Below are positions 27,080 through 41,279 of a stretch of 64,000 nucleotides of DNA, one piece after another. The notes under the pieces were generated by a model. It had not been told where the DNA came from. It ran no database searches and worked only from the letters and a program-made list of their open reading frames with translations. Position 1 is the stretch's first letter; every line of letters starts with the position of its first letter. Source of the stretch: Octopus sinensis (lineage: Eukaryota). The position numbers and the translations under genes are program-made. The stretch is taken from the NCBI RefSeq assembly GCF_006345805.1, contig NC_043003.1:95232001-95296000 (forward strand). The letters run 5' to 3'.

Positions 27080-27310
27080 AGCTTAACTTTGAGGGATAGA
27101 CTTACGGTGCACAGACAACAAATCCGGGACCCCACCACTAGGAAAATTCCCGTTAGCCAGCACCTAGACCAATGCTCCGTAGACAAAAACCCTAAATCCC
27201 AAATCTTCCCTCTCTATCAATGCACTGGAAACACTTCAACCCAATTCTGTTTATATAAGGAAAACATACTGATTAAAAAATATAAACCACAGCTAAATAT
27301 CCTTTAGAAA
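27080..27310 (+). mobile_element. Penelope-like element GIY-YIG endonuclease C-terminal fragment
   Basis: LRDRLTVHRQQI...VSQHLD...KENILIKKYKPQLN matches the R..H / H / E..I....P.LN pattern of PLE GIY-YIG domains. Confidence 0.75.
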
Positions 27311-28567
27311 GAAGAAAAAGCAATATAAAGAAGAGAAAAAGCACCCAATTTCAACACAAAAAACAATAAAATTTTAGTAACAATCTTCCACCCGGGTTTC
27401 GAAACCGCAGCTCCAAATCACCACACAAGCACAAGATGCTGACGTCACCCACCTCCAGTACAATGAAATTCCACAAACACCAGTTGCTGATGTCACATAG
27501 TTCCAAACCAATCAAAACCGAACTTCAGCGAATACAACGAAAAGACCCTTTAAGAGAACCAGTCAACTGGAACGACCTATAACCGTACCCGCAAGGAAAC
27601 TAACCAAGCAAAACGACAAGCTTGCCCACGGAAGAAAAATCTCATCAATTTTTTAACGAATCAAAATCAAATCCGCTCGCAGAAAAAAATTTATAAATAC
27701 ATCTTTCCCAAAATATACCATTACAAGCGGAAGCGACCCCAAAAGGATAAAATTCAAAGTCAAACCAACGCGGAATTTGAACTCGGAACGTAGCAACGAG
27801 CAAAATACAGTTAAGCATTTCGTCCAGCGTGCTAACGATTCTGCCAGTTTACCGCCTTAATGATGGTAATAATAATGACTTCAAATAAAATAGAGAACTT
27901 CACAAAGAATCGAGCATGTAACATAGTCTGCTTTCAGGGAACCTTTTGCTAATGTGCAGCCCTCGTACAAATCGTTACAAAAAAGTGGTATTTCTAAATG
28001 AATAATTGTTCATTAGATTGGAGTCACTAATAATCTCTCCTCTCAGGTCAGGTTTCTCTTGGGACTAATAGGTTTGATTGATTACTGTATGAATACTTTA
28101 CAACAAACGAATATCGTTGAGTTTCATTTCTAAATGTTAAAAGAGAACACACAAGGCCCAAGTTGTTATATTGAGTAATCATTCAAGTAATAATAGCTAA
28201 GTAACATTACTTATGCAAGAAAGTAAAACAAAAATAATAAAAGAACAAAATACAAAATACAGAACTTGTACGTGTTTCAAATATAATTGATTTGAGTAAT
28301 TATCAATCGAATTTCATCAACCACTTTAATAGAAACAGTTTTAGAGGGAACTAAAATGGTTTTAATTAATTTTTCATGTAGAAGGAAAAAAAAAGTAATG
28401 AATACAATAGAGTTTATATTATATATCTCGTGTTTGATCCACTCGTTTGTAATTGCAAATACAATCACATACATCTACATAGATATAGATATTACACATA
28501 CATATTTACACATATATATACGTATATATATACATATATTTATACACATATACATATATGGAAGATG

Positions 28568-28622
<55 letters not shown>

Positions 28623-28744
28623 CATCGCACGTTCGACGTACAATATAACGGAATAATAACAATGCCCTTGCAAATTGTTCTACTCAAGATACTAGTAATA
28701 ACTCTCGACAATACGCAACTCTCGGCTTTACACTTGGCCTTCAT

Positions 28745-29220
28745 GTGTCCTCAATCTAGTCTCATCCGGTAAAACCAGCTCTTCCACAGTCTTATGGAGG
28801 TCTGGCAGACTTATATGGACGTCACCTCTAGCCCATATCCCTAGCAGTTCATCTCCGTCGTTTTGGACATTTTCAAAATTTCTGCATCTTCCTCTGTATA
28901 GGATCCACTGTAAGTTCCAGATCCAACGTAGGGAAGGTTACTGGTTACAAGTGTTGTATTTTCATAAAGAACGAACACAAACGGGTTAAAATTCACTACA
29001 GCTGTTTCAGAAGCTAATGTGTATATTGTGGTACAGTCCATTAGGAACCATCCAACAGAGGTGTTCTACTTCCACACAACAATAGCCATTCCTTGTCAAT
29101 TTCAGGGGGTACTCTTCCTATCATTATTCTGGCCGCACGTTTGCCACAGTAAGTAGGCAGTAGTGCCCACTCAGCTGATCTCAAGGCCACAGTGGAGTAT
29201 TTCTTTGCTCCATTTTCGTA
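28745..29220 (-). mobile_element. Degraded coding fragment, probably a retrotransposon ORF1/gag-like remnant
   Basis: Non-repetitive coding-like pieces in shifting frames (LLPTYCGKRAARIMIGRVPPEIDKEWL; EEDAEILKMSKTTEMN), bounded by microsatellites, with no splice signals. Confidence 0.35.
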
Positions 29221-29247
29221 TACACACACACACACACACGCACACAC

Positions 29248-30392
29248 ACGAAGGTAAGTAAAACATTATTCACAACATTCTTTAGGTTGGCTGCACTACC
29301 GTCAGCGCTCGCTTGCTAAAAGGTAGCACTCTTGTGGTTACGTAAGCGAGGTTTCTTCTTGATTACTCCAGTTTTCTTTCTCGTGTTACAGAGTAAACAT
29401 GATCTTTCGGCTGGAAAGCTCAGTGATCCGATTTCTCTGATCTGAAGGTGTGTGTCAGGGGCTAAAGTTCATCGCACGTTTTCAGTACAATACGGGGAAA
29501 TCGGTCTACCACATAGAAGTGTTGGTGACAGGATCGAAAAGTTTTAAAATGTATGGACAAGCGTAAAGCACGAAGTTACAGGATGCCCATCAACCTCCAC
29601 CAATGACGTAAAGATGCAACAAACTCGAGTTATGGTTCTGATAAACTGACGAGAGACCGTCGATAAGGTGGTGTGTTCTCAGCAAATTAGTCATAGCTTT
29701 GCATACGAATCCGTCCATGACAAATTTCGCTTCCATAAAGCCTATGTCAGATGGCTGCCAAGAGAGGCTACGAAAGTGAGTAAGTGCAATTGTGTGGAGA
29801 TCTGTGAACGTTTACTTGACCGCTACAACGGGGAACGCGAAGCTTTTGGGGAGAGAATAGTAACAGGATGAAACTTGAGTCAAAATACTCGGAATCGCCA
29901 CCGAAAGAGAAAGTCAAAATTCATTCTTACGCAGAACAGTGATGCTAACTGATTTTAGGGACGCAAAAAGGCCTATACTGTAGCATTACCAGTGGCCAAC
30001 AAACTGAAACCAGCAATTCGCGATAAACACCGAGCTCAATGGTCAAATCAAGTATTACTGTTTCACAACAAGGCACTCCCAGATAACCGCCCACATCGTT
30101 GAAACCATGGGAAAATTGGGCTTAGAGCTGCTGGAACACCTAGCATACAGCCCACATCTCGCCCCTTCCAACTATCGCCCCATTGGACCGCTCAAGCATC
30201 CTTTACGAGGTCGTCGATTTGCTACGGACGGAGAAATGTAGGAAGTGGTGCATAAATGGCTGCACGACCAGCTATGAACCACCTTCTCCGATAGAATGAG
30301 AGCGCAAGAAAAAGTGCATCAAAAATCAACCCCCCTCCGCTTTTGTTTGGATAAATTATAGAAACAAACAAGGGTGCATATAATTTTTGACT
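29248..30392 (+). mobile_element. Heavily degraded mariner transposon
   Basis: RWLPR, RIVTG(D)ETW-like and LLEHLAYSPHLAPSNY..GPLK..LRGRRF motifs appear in order, with stops and frameshifts. Confidence 0.8.
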
Positions 30393-30402
30393 TATGTATG
30401 TA

Positions 30403-31208
30403 CGAGGGGGTACCCAAAAGAAACCGGAATTTTGTAATATTCTCCATTTGAAGCAATGCAACTGTCCTGATGCGTTTTCCACTGTTCGAAGCAGTGCTGG
30501 AACTCCTGCAAAATGATGCCTGTTAACGCCTCCGTCGATTTTTTTGTTCACCTCTTCCATATCTGCAAATTCCATTGCACCAGCTTCCGTCACCAGTGAT
30601 GACCTTCGGAAAAAGTCCGGATCAACTTCAAACTGTTCTTTCACTTCACGACACGCATTCAATCGCAACTGCTTTTGATCTTCCGTGAACAAGCGAGGCA
30701 CAAATTTTGCTGCATCTCTTTTCACTTGCAATCCCTCGCTCAAAATTCGTTGGCTCCAGAACACACCGATCATATCAAGTTCGTCAATCGTTCGGTGACG
30801 ATCCTCGAAGATCAGTTCATGAATATTTGCGATGTTTGCATTCGTCCGGGGGTGAGGACTGACGGTCGCCCTGAACGAGGTTGGTCTTCAAGCGATAAGT
30901 AACCATTCGTAAACTTGTGTTTTGCTCATGGCAGCATTCTTGTAAGCTGTTTGAAGCATAACAGCTGTGTCGGCCATAGTTTTCCCTGGCAGAAAACATA
31001 ATTTCACGCAAGTATGCTGTTCCTTCGTTTCAGCTAACGCAAAAATCGACAAACAGGGGAGAAGCACCGGAAAAACAAAAGACGTACAACGTGGCAGAAG
31101 GACTTCGGCGAAAGACTGATACCTGTGGGCTGCATCAAGTGGCTTCTAGCGGCGGAAGTCTGAACTACAACGGGCTTGTCCCATGGAGAACTTTTGGGTA
31201 CCTCCTCA
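30403..31208 (-). mobile_element. Internally deleted mariner element
   Basis: TA|cgagggggtacccaaaag...cttttgggtacctcctca|TA TIRs; AAKFVPRLFTEDQKQLR and GRP motifs. Confidence 0.85.
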
Positions 31209-31477
31209 TATACGTATATGTGTATGCGAGTGTACACACATGCATATTTAAAGAAATGCAGCTATAACCTATTAATATCAAAATCCATGAAACATTAACT
31301 TACAAACTGAAAAACGAAAATCACGTCCTTATAAATAATATAAAATAATCTCTAGCCTTTGCTAAACCTTAGGCATACGAGATATTATCAGAGAAATTCT
31401 AGCCATCGACTCGAATCAACCGGGTAATCTGTTCTTGAGGACTTTCGACTCCTCTAGCCTGACCGTGTTACCTGTAG

Positions 31478-33400
31478 TTAGTTAGTTAGTTAGTTAATTT
31501 GGCTCAAAAGCAAATAGCAAGGCCATGTAGGGGGACATGGAGTTAAGTACAGGGTGGTGTTCATGTAAAGAGTTCAGGCCACTTGAGGTCAAGGGAGGCT
31601 TTGAACAAAGCGGTCGTCGGCATCTTCACCATCTCGTCTGGCAGCTTGTTCCACGGATCCGCAACCCGGACGGAGAAAGCTCCTCTCCTTCGATTGAGAT
31701 GAAATCATCGCAGGTAGAGCTTTTCGGAATGACCCCGCAGCCGACGCTCTGGAGCAGGAGTGAAGAACAGCTCTTTCAAGAGGTTACACTTTCCGCTTAT
31801 GATGCTGTGGGCGAGAATGAGATCACCACGGCGGCGGCGTTTTTCTAGAGAATAAAGGTCGAGCGTCCTCAGCCTTTCTTCATAGGACAAATTTTTGAGA
31901 CCATGAACCATGCGGGTAGCCAGCTTCTGGATTCTTTCGAGATTCTGTATTCTTTGAGGAGATGAGGAGAAGAGGCTTGAATCCCTTATTCCAATATGGG
32001 TCTCACCAGCGTGACATAGAGTGGTGGGAATATGGCTGCTGTGAGCATTCCGAATGACCGTCGAATCAAGAACTGAATTACGCGTGCTTTGTTGGCAGCA
32101 TGGACGCACTGGGCCGAAGGCGAAAATGAGGAATCCACCAAGATACCCAGGTCCTTTACCTGATCGGTCCTCTCCAGCAGCAGACGACCCGGCTCGAAAT
32201 CAAGTTGAGTTGCAGGAGGAGAGCCAACAGGCAGATGACAGCACTTTGACACGTTCAGACACAGGTCCCATTCGTTAGACCACCTCCAAATTTGATGGAG
32301 GCATCGACGAAGATCCTCTATATCACCGCGAGGAGCGACCAGTTTGACATCGTCGGCAAATAGAAGGGTGTGTTGCGTGAGGTCGTCGGGCAAGTCATTT
32401 ATGAAGACTAAGAACAATAAGGGCCCAGCACTGAACCTTGAGGCACGCCACTGCTCGCACTGGAGACGTCGGACCGCGAACCATTAACTTGGACTTGGAA
32501 GGAGCGATCTGAGAGGAAGGCACCAACCCATCGTACAATATCCGGATGGAAACTATATGCTTGAAGCTTGACAAGTAATAGGCGGTGGTTTACCGAGTCA
32601 AAAGCTTTGGCAAAGTCCAATAAAACGATGTCAACAGCATCACTATCATCGAGGATCCGCGTCACCAATTCTTCCATTACCAGTAAGTTGGTCAAGCATG
32701 ATCTCTTCGGCACGAAGCCGTGTTGGGAATCAGAGATGGAGGCTGTGTTTTGGAGGTGGAGCATCATACTTTTCTTAAGGATGGTTTCGAACATCTTGCT
32801 GATTATTGATGTAAGGGAAACCGGTCGGTAGTTAAGCGGGTCTTCGCGGCTCCCTTTCTTGAAAATTGGGCAGATTATCGCTGTTCTCCAGTCCGCAGGT
32901 ATAACACCTGTCGCCAATGACATATTGAATAGACGTGTTAAGGGCTCGCAGATGACCGGAGCCAACGCTTTGATAACCCGTGGGTGTAAGCCGTCAGGGC
33001 CGTGACCCTTGTTGACATCGAGGCCTTGAATAACACGTTTGACTTCGTCCCGCGTGATGACCAATCGAAGCATTGGAGGTACCGATCTATCAAATGGAGG
33101 GGGTTCACGACCGTCATCTTGTTTGAAAATAGTTGAAAAAGCTTCGGCAAATAATTGACTCTGTTGATACGGGTCCTCAATCTACCAACGTTGCAATCTG
33201 GTTGTTCAAGCGGGAATTCCGTTGGACATGGGCAAAGAAGGTTTTGGGATTGCTACTGGCATTTGCCGCGATTTTGTATTCATAACTGAAGCGTTCTTCC
33301 TTTTCAATTTTCACGGCTCGGTCTCGTTGAGTTTTGTACACCTCAAAAGCTGCAGTCGAATAGTGAGGCACTATTTTTAGACCAGTTCTATAAGCATATA
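31478..33400 (-). mobile_element. 5'-truncated CR1/L2-group LINE with frameshifted reverse transcriptase ORF2
   Basis: GPDG, NYRPVSLTS, QHGF, DFAKAFD, SGVPQGSVLGP, FADD, YEERL..LDLYSLEKRR.RGDL motifs; (TAAC)n tail at 31478-31497. Confidence 0.92.
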
Positions 33401-34657
33401 AAAGCTGTAAGCCGAGCTTTCCACGATGCGCTCTGAGTGATGAAACTGTTCTGTAGCTACTCGTTTAGTGCCAGGACGTAGTTTACTCATAGAGATTTGT
33501 CGCACATGTTGAACAACTTTTGTCACGTGTAAGACGGATCCCTCTTTCAACAGATACTACCGAAAAAATATTGGTTTCAAAACTTGGCACAAGGTCAGCA
33601 ATTTAGGGGGAGGAAGCATATCGATTACATCGACCCCAGTGCTCAACTGGTTTTTATTTTATCGATCCCAAAAGGATGAAAAGTGAACCCCAGCGGAATT
33701 TCAAATCAGAACATAAAGACGAACGAAATATCGCAAAGCATTTTGGTCCGGGGTGCTACTGATTCTGCCAATACGCCGCTTTACTACTGAGAAAATATTA
33801 CCGCAGTTTTTCTTCTTTTTTTTTTGCCAAGGAGGGTTAGCAGTTTTCATCTATACGGTAACTATGATGAAAAAGTGAACTCGGAAAAAAGACGTGCAGA
33901 GGGACAAGTTTCTCTTCAAAGAGGTCCTCATTGACTTTAAGTGTCTTTTGATAAGGGATATGTTGTTTCTCACTGAGATTGTTGAACGGTGGGTGATTGT
34001 GGTGTATATGACCTGAGTGGTTTGGTCTGCGCTCAATATGTACTTATAAGCTATATAAGAACGTCTAAGAAAAGTCATATACCCTTATTGCTCAAGATAA
34101 CCCCAAATCTGTGGTGTCCCTTGGTAGACCTTTAGTGAAGGGCCCTCCATTGTGGACCTTACCTTGGTGGTATTTCATTATGTAAGGCGGTCAAATAACG
34201 GAGTCGTGAGTGCATTGGACATATTGCTTTGAGCTAATCATTCTGGTTCTCAATGCTTTTAGTTCAAATCCCGCCGAAATCAACTTAGCCACTTTTTCTT
34301 TTGAGGTCGACAAGGTCAACCCACCGCTTTCTTTCTTTTTTTCTCTCATTTTCTCTTTCTGTCTCTTCCTTTCCATCTGTCAGTTCGTCTATCTGTCTAT
34401 CTGTATGTATGTTTCTCTAAGAAGAAATCAGATGAGATCAGTGCTAGATGGGATCACTTCGCCAGGTCTAAAAATATCCAAGTTACGCCATATATCAAGA
34501 CGGCCGCCTCCACAAGATGAGACCCGTGTTACTTTACTTCTTACACGTTTTAATGTTAACTCTCACTGTTTTGATCCTCTTTTTTTGTATTGTCTTTAAA
34601 ATCTTTGGACCATTATAGCCAACATATAGATTGCCATTTTTATTATTTACTGCAGTG

Positions 34658-35461
34658 AAGGTAGCGAGCTGGTGGAATCGTTAGCACGCCGGGCAAAACG
34701 CTTTGCGGCATTTCGTCTGTCTTTACGTTCTAAGTTTAAATTGTAACGAGGTCGACTTTGTCTTTCATCCTTTCGAGGTCGATAAAATAAGTACCAGTTG
34801 AGTACTGGGGTCGATGTAATCGACTTAGCCCCCCCCCCCAAATTTCAGGCCTTGTGCCTATAGTAGAAAGGAGTATTTACTGCATTGAGGGTAGCGAGCT
34901 GGTTGGATTGTTAGCGTGTCGGACAAAACGCATATTGACATTTCTTCTGACTTTACGTTCTGAGTTTAAATTCCGGCGAAATAAACTTAACTTTTCATCC
35001 TTTCGGGATCAACAAAATAAATACCATTTGAACACTGGAGTCGATGTAATCGACTAGCACCCCGCCCGCAAGATTTCAGACGTTGTGCCTATAATAGAAA
35101 GGATTATTAAGGCAGCTAACTAACAGAATCGTTAGCATATCGGACAACATACTTAATAGCATTTCTTGTGACTCTTTACAATCTGAGTCCAAATTCGGTT
35201 GAAGTCTACTTTACCATTCATTCTTTTGGGGTCGATTAAGTGCCAGTGAAACACTGGGGTCAAGGTAATCGACTAGCCCCCCCCCCCCTATTTCAGACCT
35301 TGTGCCAACAGTAGAAAAGATTATTATTATTCCGCTGGGGTCGAATTTGCCTTTCATACTTTCGGAGTCGATAAATCAAGTACCGTTTCAGTACTGATGT
35401 CGGTGTGATCAACTGTCCCTCTCCCCCCAGAAATCCAGGCCTTACACCTACAATAGAAAGG

Positions 35462-35529
<68 letters not shown>

Positions 35530-35751
35530 TTGCCCACAAGGGGCTAAACATTGAGGTGACAAACGGGAACAGACAAAGGGACTAAGTCGATGACATCGAC
35601 CCCAGTGCGTAACTGGCACTTTATTTATTGACCTCCCCCGAAAGGATGAAAGGCAAAGTCGACCTTGGCGGAATTTGAACTCAGAACGTAGAAGCAGACG
35701 AAGTACCGCTAAGCATTTCGCCCGGCGTGGTAACGTTTCTGCCAGCTTGCC

Positions 35752-35800
<49 letters not shown>

Positions 35801-36020
35801 GAAGGTATGAGCTGGTGGAATCGTCAGGACGCCGGGTAAAATGCTTAACAATATTTCGCCCGTCGCTACTTTCTGAGTTCTAATTCGCCGAAGTTGACTT
35901 TTCCTTTCATCCTTTCGGGGTCGATTAATTAAGTATCAGTCACGCACTGGGTTCGATGTAATCGACTAGCCCCATCCCCACTAAATTTCAGGCATTGTGC
36001 CTATTAATAGAAAAGATTAT
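34658..36020. repeat. Cluster of about six SINE-A copies, mostly head-to-tail, one inverted (35533-35752)
   Basis: Repeated gagctggtggaatcgttagc heads and ttcatcctttcggggtcgat domains, separated by (TAT)n. Confidence 0.85.
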
Positions 36021-36356
36021 TACTATCATTTATCGCATGACTTATGGCCTAGTGGTAAGAGTGTCGCATTCACGATCGAGAGATTGTGGTAAAGTACTGG
36101 GGTCGATAATATAGACTAAACCCTTTCTGATAAAATTTCTGTCCCTGCATCTAAGCAAGAAAACAGCTTTAGCTATTTATTGCATAGTTCCACTTTTGAC
36201 GAGAGTGAGCAATAAAGACTCTTGCCTTATATTGCAGATTTTATATATAAGTAAAGAAAGCTGCAATATTTTTTTTTTCTTTTACTTGTCATTGATTCTC
36301 AGGAACGAAACCTGTTTCTGATCAAATCATGATCAGCATGAACCTATTTGAAGTAG

Positions 36357-36490
36357 GTGTGGAGATGTTCCTCTAAGAAAACTGTGCCTATAAATCTGGT
36401 AGAACAGGTTTTTAGCTATGTAAACGTAGGTGCAGTACTCAAAGATACTATTGTTGACAATGAGAACGTCTATGTTAACAAAAAGGGAAA
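36357..36490 (+). pseudogene. Exon-like remnant with YVNV and YVNK motifs
   Basis: Open frame ..QVFSYVNVGAVLKDTIVDNENVYVNKK. No clean GT donor was found and there are upstream in-frame stops. Confidence 0.35.
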
Positions 36491-36742
36491 AAATGCATTG
36501 TTCTTTTTGCATATTTTTTATACTGCTATTTATATAGTTACTTCTGACCTTTGTGTGGCCGTCCACCACCATCTTATTACAGTGATACACACACACAATT
36601 ACACACATACAATTACACACACACACACACACACACAAACGCACAAACTCGCGCGCACACATTTATATATCTGAACTTAAACACATATACACGCATGTAT
36701 AGATTCACATACATCCAAAAACATCGTAGTAGTAGTAGTAGT

Positions 36743-36786
<44 letters not shown>

Positions 36787-36899
36787 TAGTAGCAGCAGTT
36801 GTAGTAGTAGAATTTTTAAAAAATGTACAATTCTATCACAAATCAATCAAGTAATTATGTCACGGGTCAGGCAAACAATTTTTTTACACCATTTCCCAG

Positions 36900-37178
36900 A
36901 TGTAACGAATTAAGTTGCCAAACTCCAGAGATAAAAAACCAGAAAGACATCACATTCTCTTGTAATTAACCCCGGGTCATGTATGACCCGCCTATAAACG
37001 ACATGAATATTCATCAACAAAGTGACGAGAGTATGCTTCCCAGTGACGAGTTGAAAGACGATAATTCAGCAGGCGTTGTCATCTCTGCAGGCATCAACCT
37101 GTATAAAGGGAGCCAATTATCAGAGGAGAGTATGACGGATACAGACACGTATGAAAATGTAGAACCAGTAAAAAAGAA
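36900..37178 (+). CDS. Internal exon of SAM-domain signalling gene (acidic region with YENV); in-frame TAA at 36967-36969 if the 36900 acceptor is used
   Basis: Acceptor tttttttacaccatttcccag and donor AA|gtaagt (phase 2). Translation CNELSCQTPEIKNQKDITFSCN*PRVMYDPP...DTDTYENVEPVKK. Alternative acceptors at 37043 and 37090 would bypass the stop. Confidence 0.55.
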
Positions 37179-37651
37179 GTAAGTAAACAAATTATAGTCG
37201 TTGCTAGTATTGTTGTTGCGATTGTTGTTGTTGTTTAGGCACGATTCAAGTACGATGGAGTAGACCTATGAACGAAGACATTGCTGAAGCGACCATCACG
37301 TCTTTTTAGAGAGGACTATAGGAATAGATTTTCATATATATATATTATATTAAATTAGAGATAAAACCACTATTAGGCAAATCAAACAGTGAAAATCATA
37401 AGCCAATACATAGAAATAAAATTAATTAAAAAATATTAAAAATATAAAATATAAAATATAAAAATCCAATTAAAATATTTAAATTAAAGTTAAAATTTTA
37501 AAAAAATATTTAAATTAATAAATTAAACTTATAAATTTTAAATATATTTATATTTAAATATATTTAACATATATTTATACTATAAAATTAGATTTAATCC
37601 TAAATCTAATTTTTCCCTGTAAGTTTGGATTTACTCCCTAATATTTTATGA

Positions 37652-38315
<664 letters not shown>

Positions 38316-39147
38316 ACTCCTTAAGGTGGTAAAGCATCATTTGAGGGAATATGTCTGCTTTTTGTAGCAGATCAAGCGACTGAATAGAGGCACAAAAACT
38401 GTCACCTGTTGTGGCGATGGAGTAGACCTACGATCAAGACCATTCCTAACGTGACCATCCAGTCTTTTTTTGAGCGGTCTACATGAACACATCTTCAAAT
38501 ATGTGAACTCTTTAATCAAAATGGCAGAGTACCAGTTGAAGGAATTTATCTGCTGTTTCTAGCACATCAAGCGACCGAATTGAGGCCCAAGGATTGCTTG
38601 TGTTATTGTTGCTGCTGATGATGATGATGTTGTTGATGTTTTAATTTAACTCCAGCTATTCGATTGACTATATCCATGATCGAGGCTGGTCTACTCGTGG
38701 CCATCGCATCTTCTTGAATATCAGAGATAATAATATCCAAAGTATACATCTTTCTTACGCAAGATAACATATAATTCGAGGGAGATTTGACTATTTATAG
38801 AAACACACCGTTATTAGAGTTGTGGTGATGGTGGAGGTAGTTAGCGAAGTGAGAGTGGTGTCGTTATCCTTGTGATGCATGATGGTGGAGGTAGAGGTAG
38901 AAATGGTGCTGGAAGTAGAGGCAGTGGTGGTGGTAGAGGTGGTAGTGTTGTTAACTGGATGTCGGTGTGAACCATACGTTAATAGGTGTTGTACGTGACG
39001 ACATTGCAATTGTTTTATTTCATTTTAAATTGCGTGTGTGTATGTATATATGTATATCTGTGTGTATATATATGTGTGTATATATATGTGTATGTGAATA
39101 TTTATGGTTGTATGTATAAACACACGCATACACACACACACACACAT

Positions 39148-39231
<84 letters not shown>

Positions 39232-40680
39232 CTTAGAATAACTTAGAAAGTTTTGGCTAGTATTGGCCCAGGTCACGTCTAACTTAATAGCACCACCTGG
39301 CGAAGTCTTTCAATTCAGGATTTGGGCACCAAGGCCCATTCGAGCAGAGAGTTATTGTTTGCGGAGACATATCCGGGTGTGGGTGGTTTGTCCGGGACTG
39401 TTTGAAGGAATTTGTCCAAAGACTTCTTGAATTTTGTGTGGTCAGTTTCTGTTTTGACGTGTCCTGGTGTAATGCTGAAGAGAGCGGATCTAATTGAGGT
39501 GAAATAATTGTGCCGTATTGTTGTTATGAGATGCGATTTAGATTTTTGTTGTGGACGGATGGCACGTGGCCCAAACCTTGGATGTATTTTGAAGGTGATG
39601 CCAACATCATTCGGACAGTGCTGATGGAATATTTTCCACATCATACAGATAATGTAGAGTTCACGGCGTCGTTGGAGTGAATACAGTTTCAGCTTTTCTA
39701 GTCTACCCCAGTAGTCGAGGTCTGACATGCCATCTATCTTTTTTGTGATTGACCTTTGGGGAGCTTCAATTCTCATAATATTTTGTTTCGTGTAGGGAGA
39801 CCACAGTGGACAGCAGTATTCAAGGTGGGGTCGGGCAAAAGTGGAGAAGAGAAGGATAATAGTGTGGGAATCTCTCGACTGGAAGGTTCTGAGAATCCAG
39901 GAACACATTCTGCGGGCCATGTCAACTTTGCTGCTTATATGTGTAGCCCAGCTTATGTTGTTGTCCACTGTTACTCCCAAGTCTCTAATGTTGCTAGACG
40001 CCATGAGAATTTCTCCAGAAGGAAGGGAGTATGGGAGTTTCAGAGCGTCCTCCCTTCCAAAGTGGATCAGTTCGAATTTGTCTTCGTTTAGCAACATGTT
40101 GTTCTTTTCCGCCCATTGGACAACAGCCAGTAGGTCTGACTGAAGGCTTATTCGGTCATCCACGCCATTGATGACCTTCTGGAGCTTGGAATCATCAGCG
40201 AAGATTCTGACGTTACTGTGTTTGATGGTGTCAGTAATATCATTAATGTAGATGATGAAGAGAAGTGGGCCCAACACAGCGCCTTGTGGGACACCACTAC
40301 TGACTTTGGCTGGGCTGGATTTGACTCCTTCGACTACAACATGTCAGACAGGAAGCACTTGATCCACTGCAGCAGCTTTCCAGGGACACCAATACTGGAC
40401 AGCTTTCTCAAAAGGATCTTATGATCAACCCTTTCAAAGGCCTTGCTGAAATCAAGGTAGATGACATCAGTGTTGGAACCCTCTCCCAAGGCTCTCAAAA
40501 TGTCATCAAAAAGATGCAGTAGCTGCGTCAGGCAATCCCTTCCATTACGGAATCCATGCTGGCTGGAGTTCAGAACATTATGACTCTCAAGGAAGTGAGT
40601 CATACGCGATCTCAGCACTCTCTCAAATACCTTAATGATATGAAAGGCGAGTGAGATTGGACGGTAATTCACGGCAAAGA
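39232..40680 (-). mobile_element. 5'-truncated CR1-group LINE (RT plus C-terminus, small internal deletion near 40335)
   Basis: NYRPISL, QHGFR, YLDFSKAF, SGVPQG.VLGP, FADD, RPHLEYC motifs; short (ttctaagt) tail. Confidence 0.92.
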
Positions 40681-40930
40681 TGGACGGAAGGATGGATGGA
40701 TAGAAAAACATTCACATATATACACTTACTAATATACAAAAGTAAAAAATATGTATTTACAGGTGTGGAATTTGACAGACGACTGCTGTATAATTATAAA
40801 GTATATATACATGCAATATAATATATATAATATATATAATATATATATATATATTATATATTATAATATATATATATATATTATATATATATATAAATAT
40901 ATTATATATATATACATATATATATATAAT

Positions 40931-41000
<70 letters not shown>

Positions 41001-41134
41001 ATATATATATTATATATAATATATATATATGTATGTATGTATATATATATATATATGTATATGGGTGTGTATGTGAGTGTGTATGTGTGTGTGTGTATGA
41101 GTGTGCATGGAGAGAGAGACTGATAGATAGATAA

Positions 41135-41165
<31 letters not shown>

Positions 41166-41239
41166 TGGAATGCTCAACACTTGTAGGTATGTATTGTGTA
41201 AATTTGATTTAATCGCTGCTCCTGTTCCATTCAGCTTTC

Positions 41240-41277
<38 letters not shown>

Positions 41278-41279
<2 letters not shown>

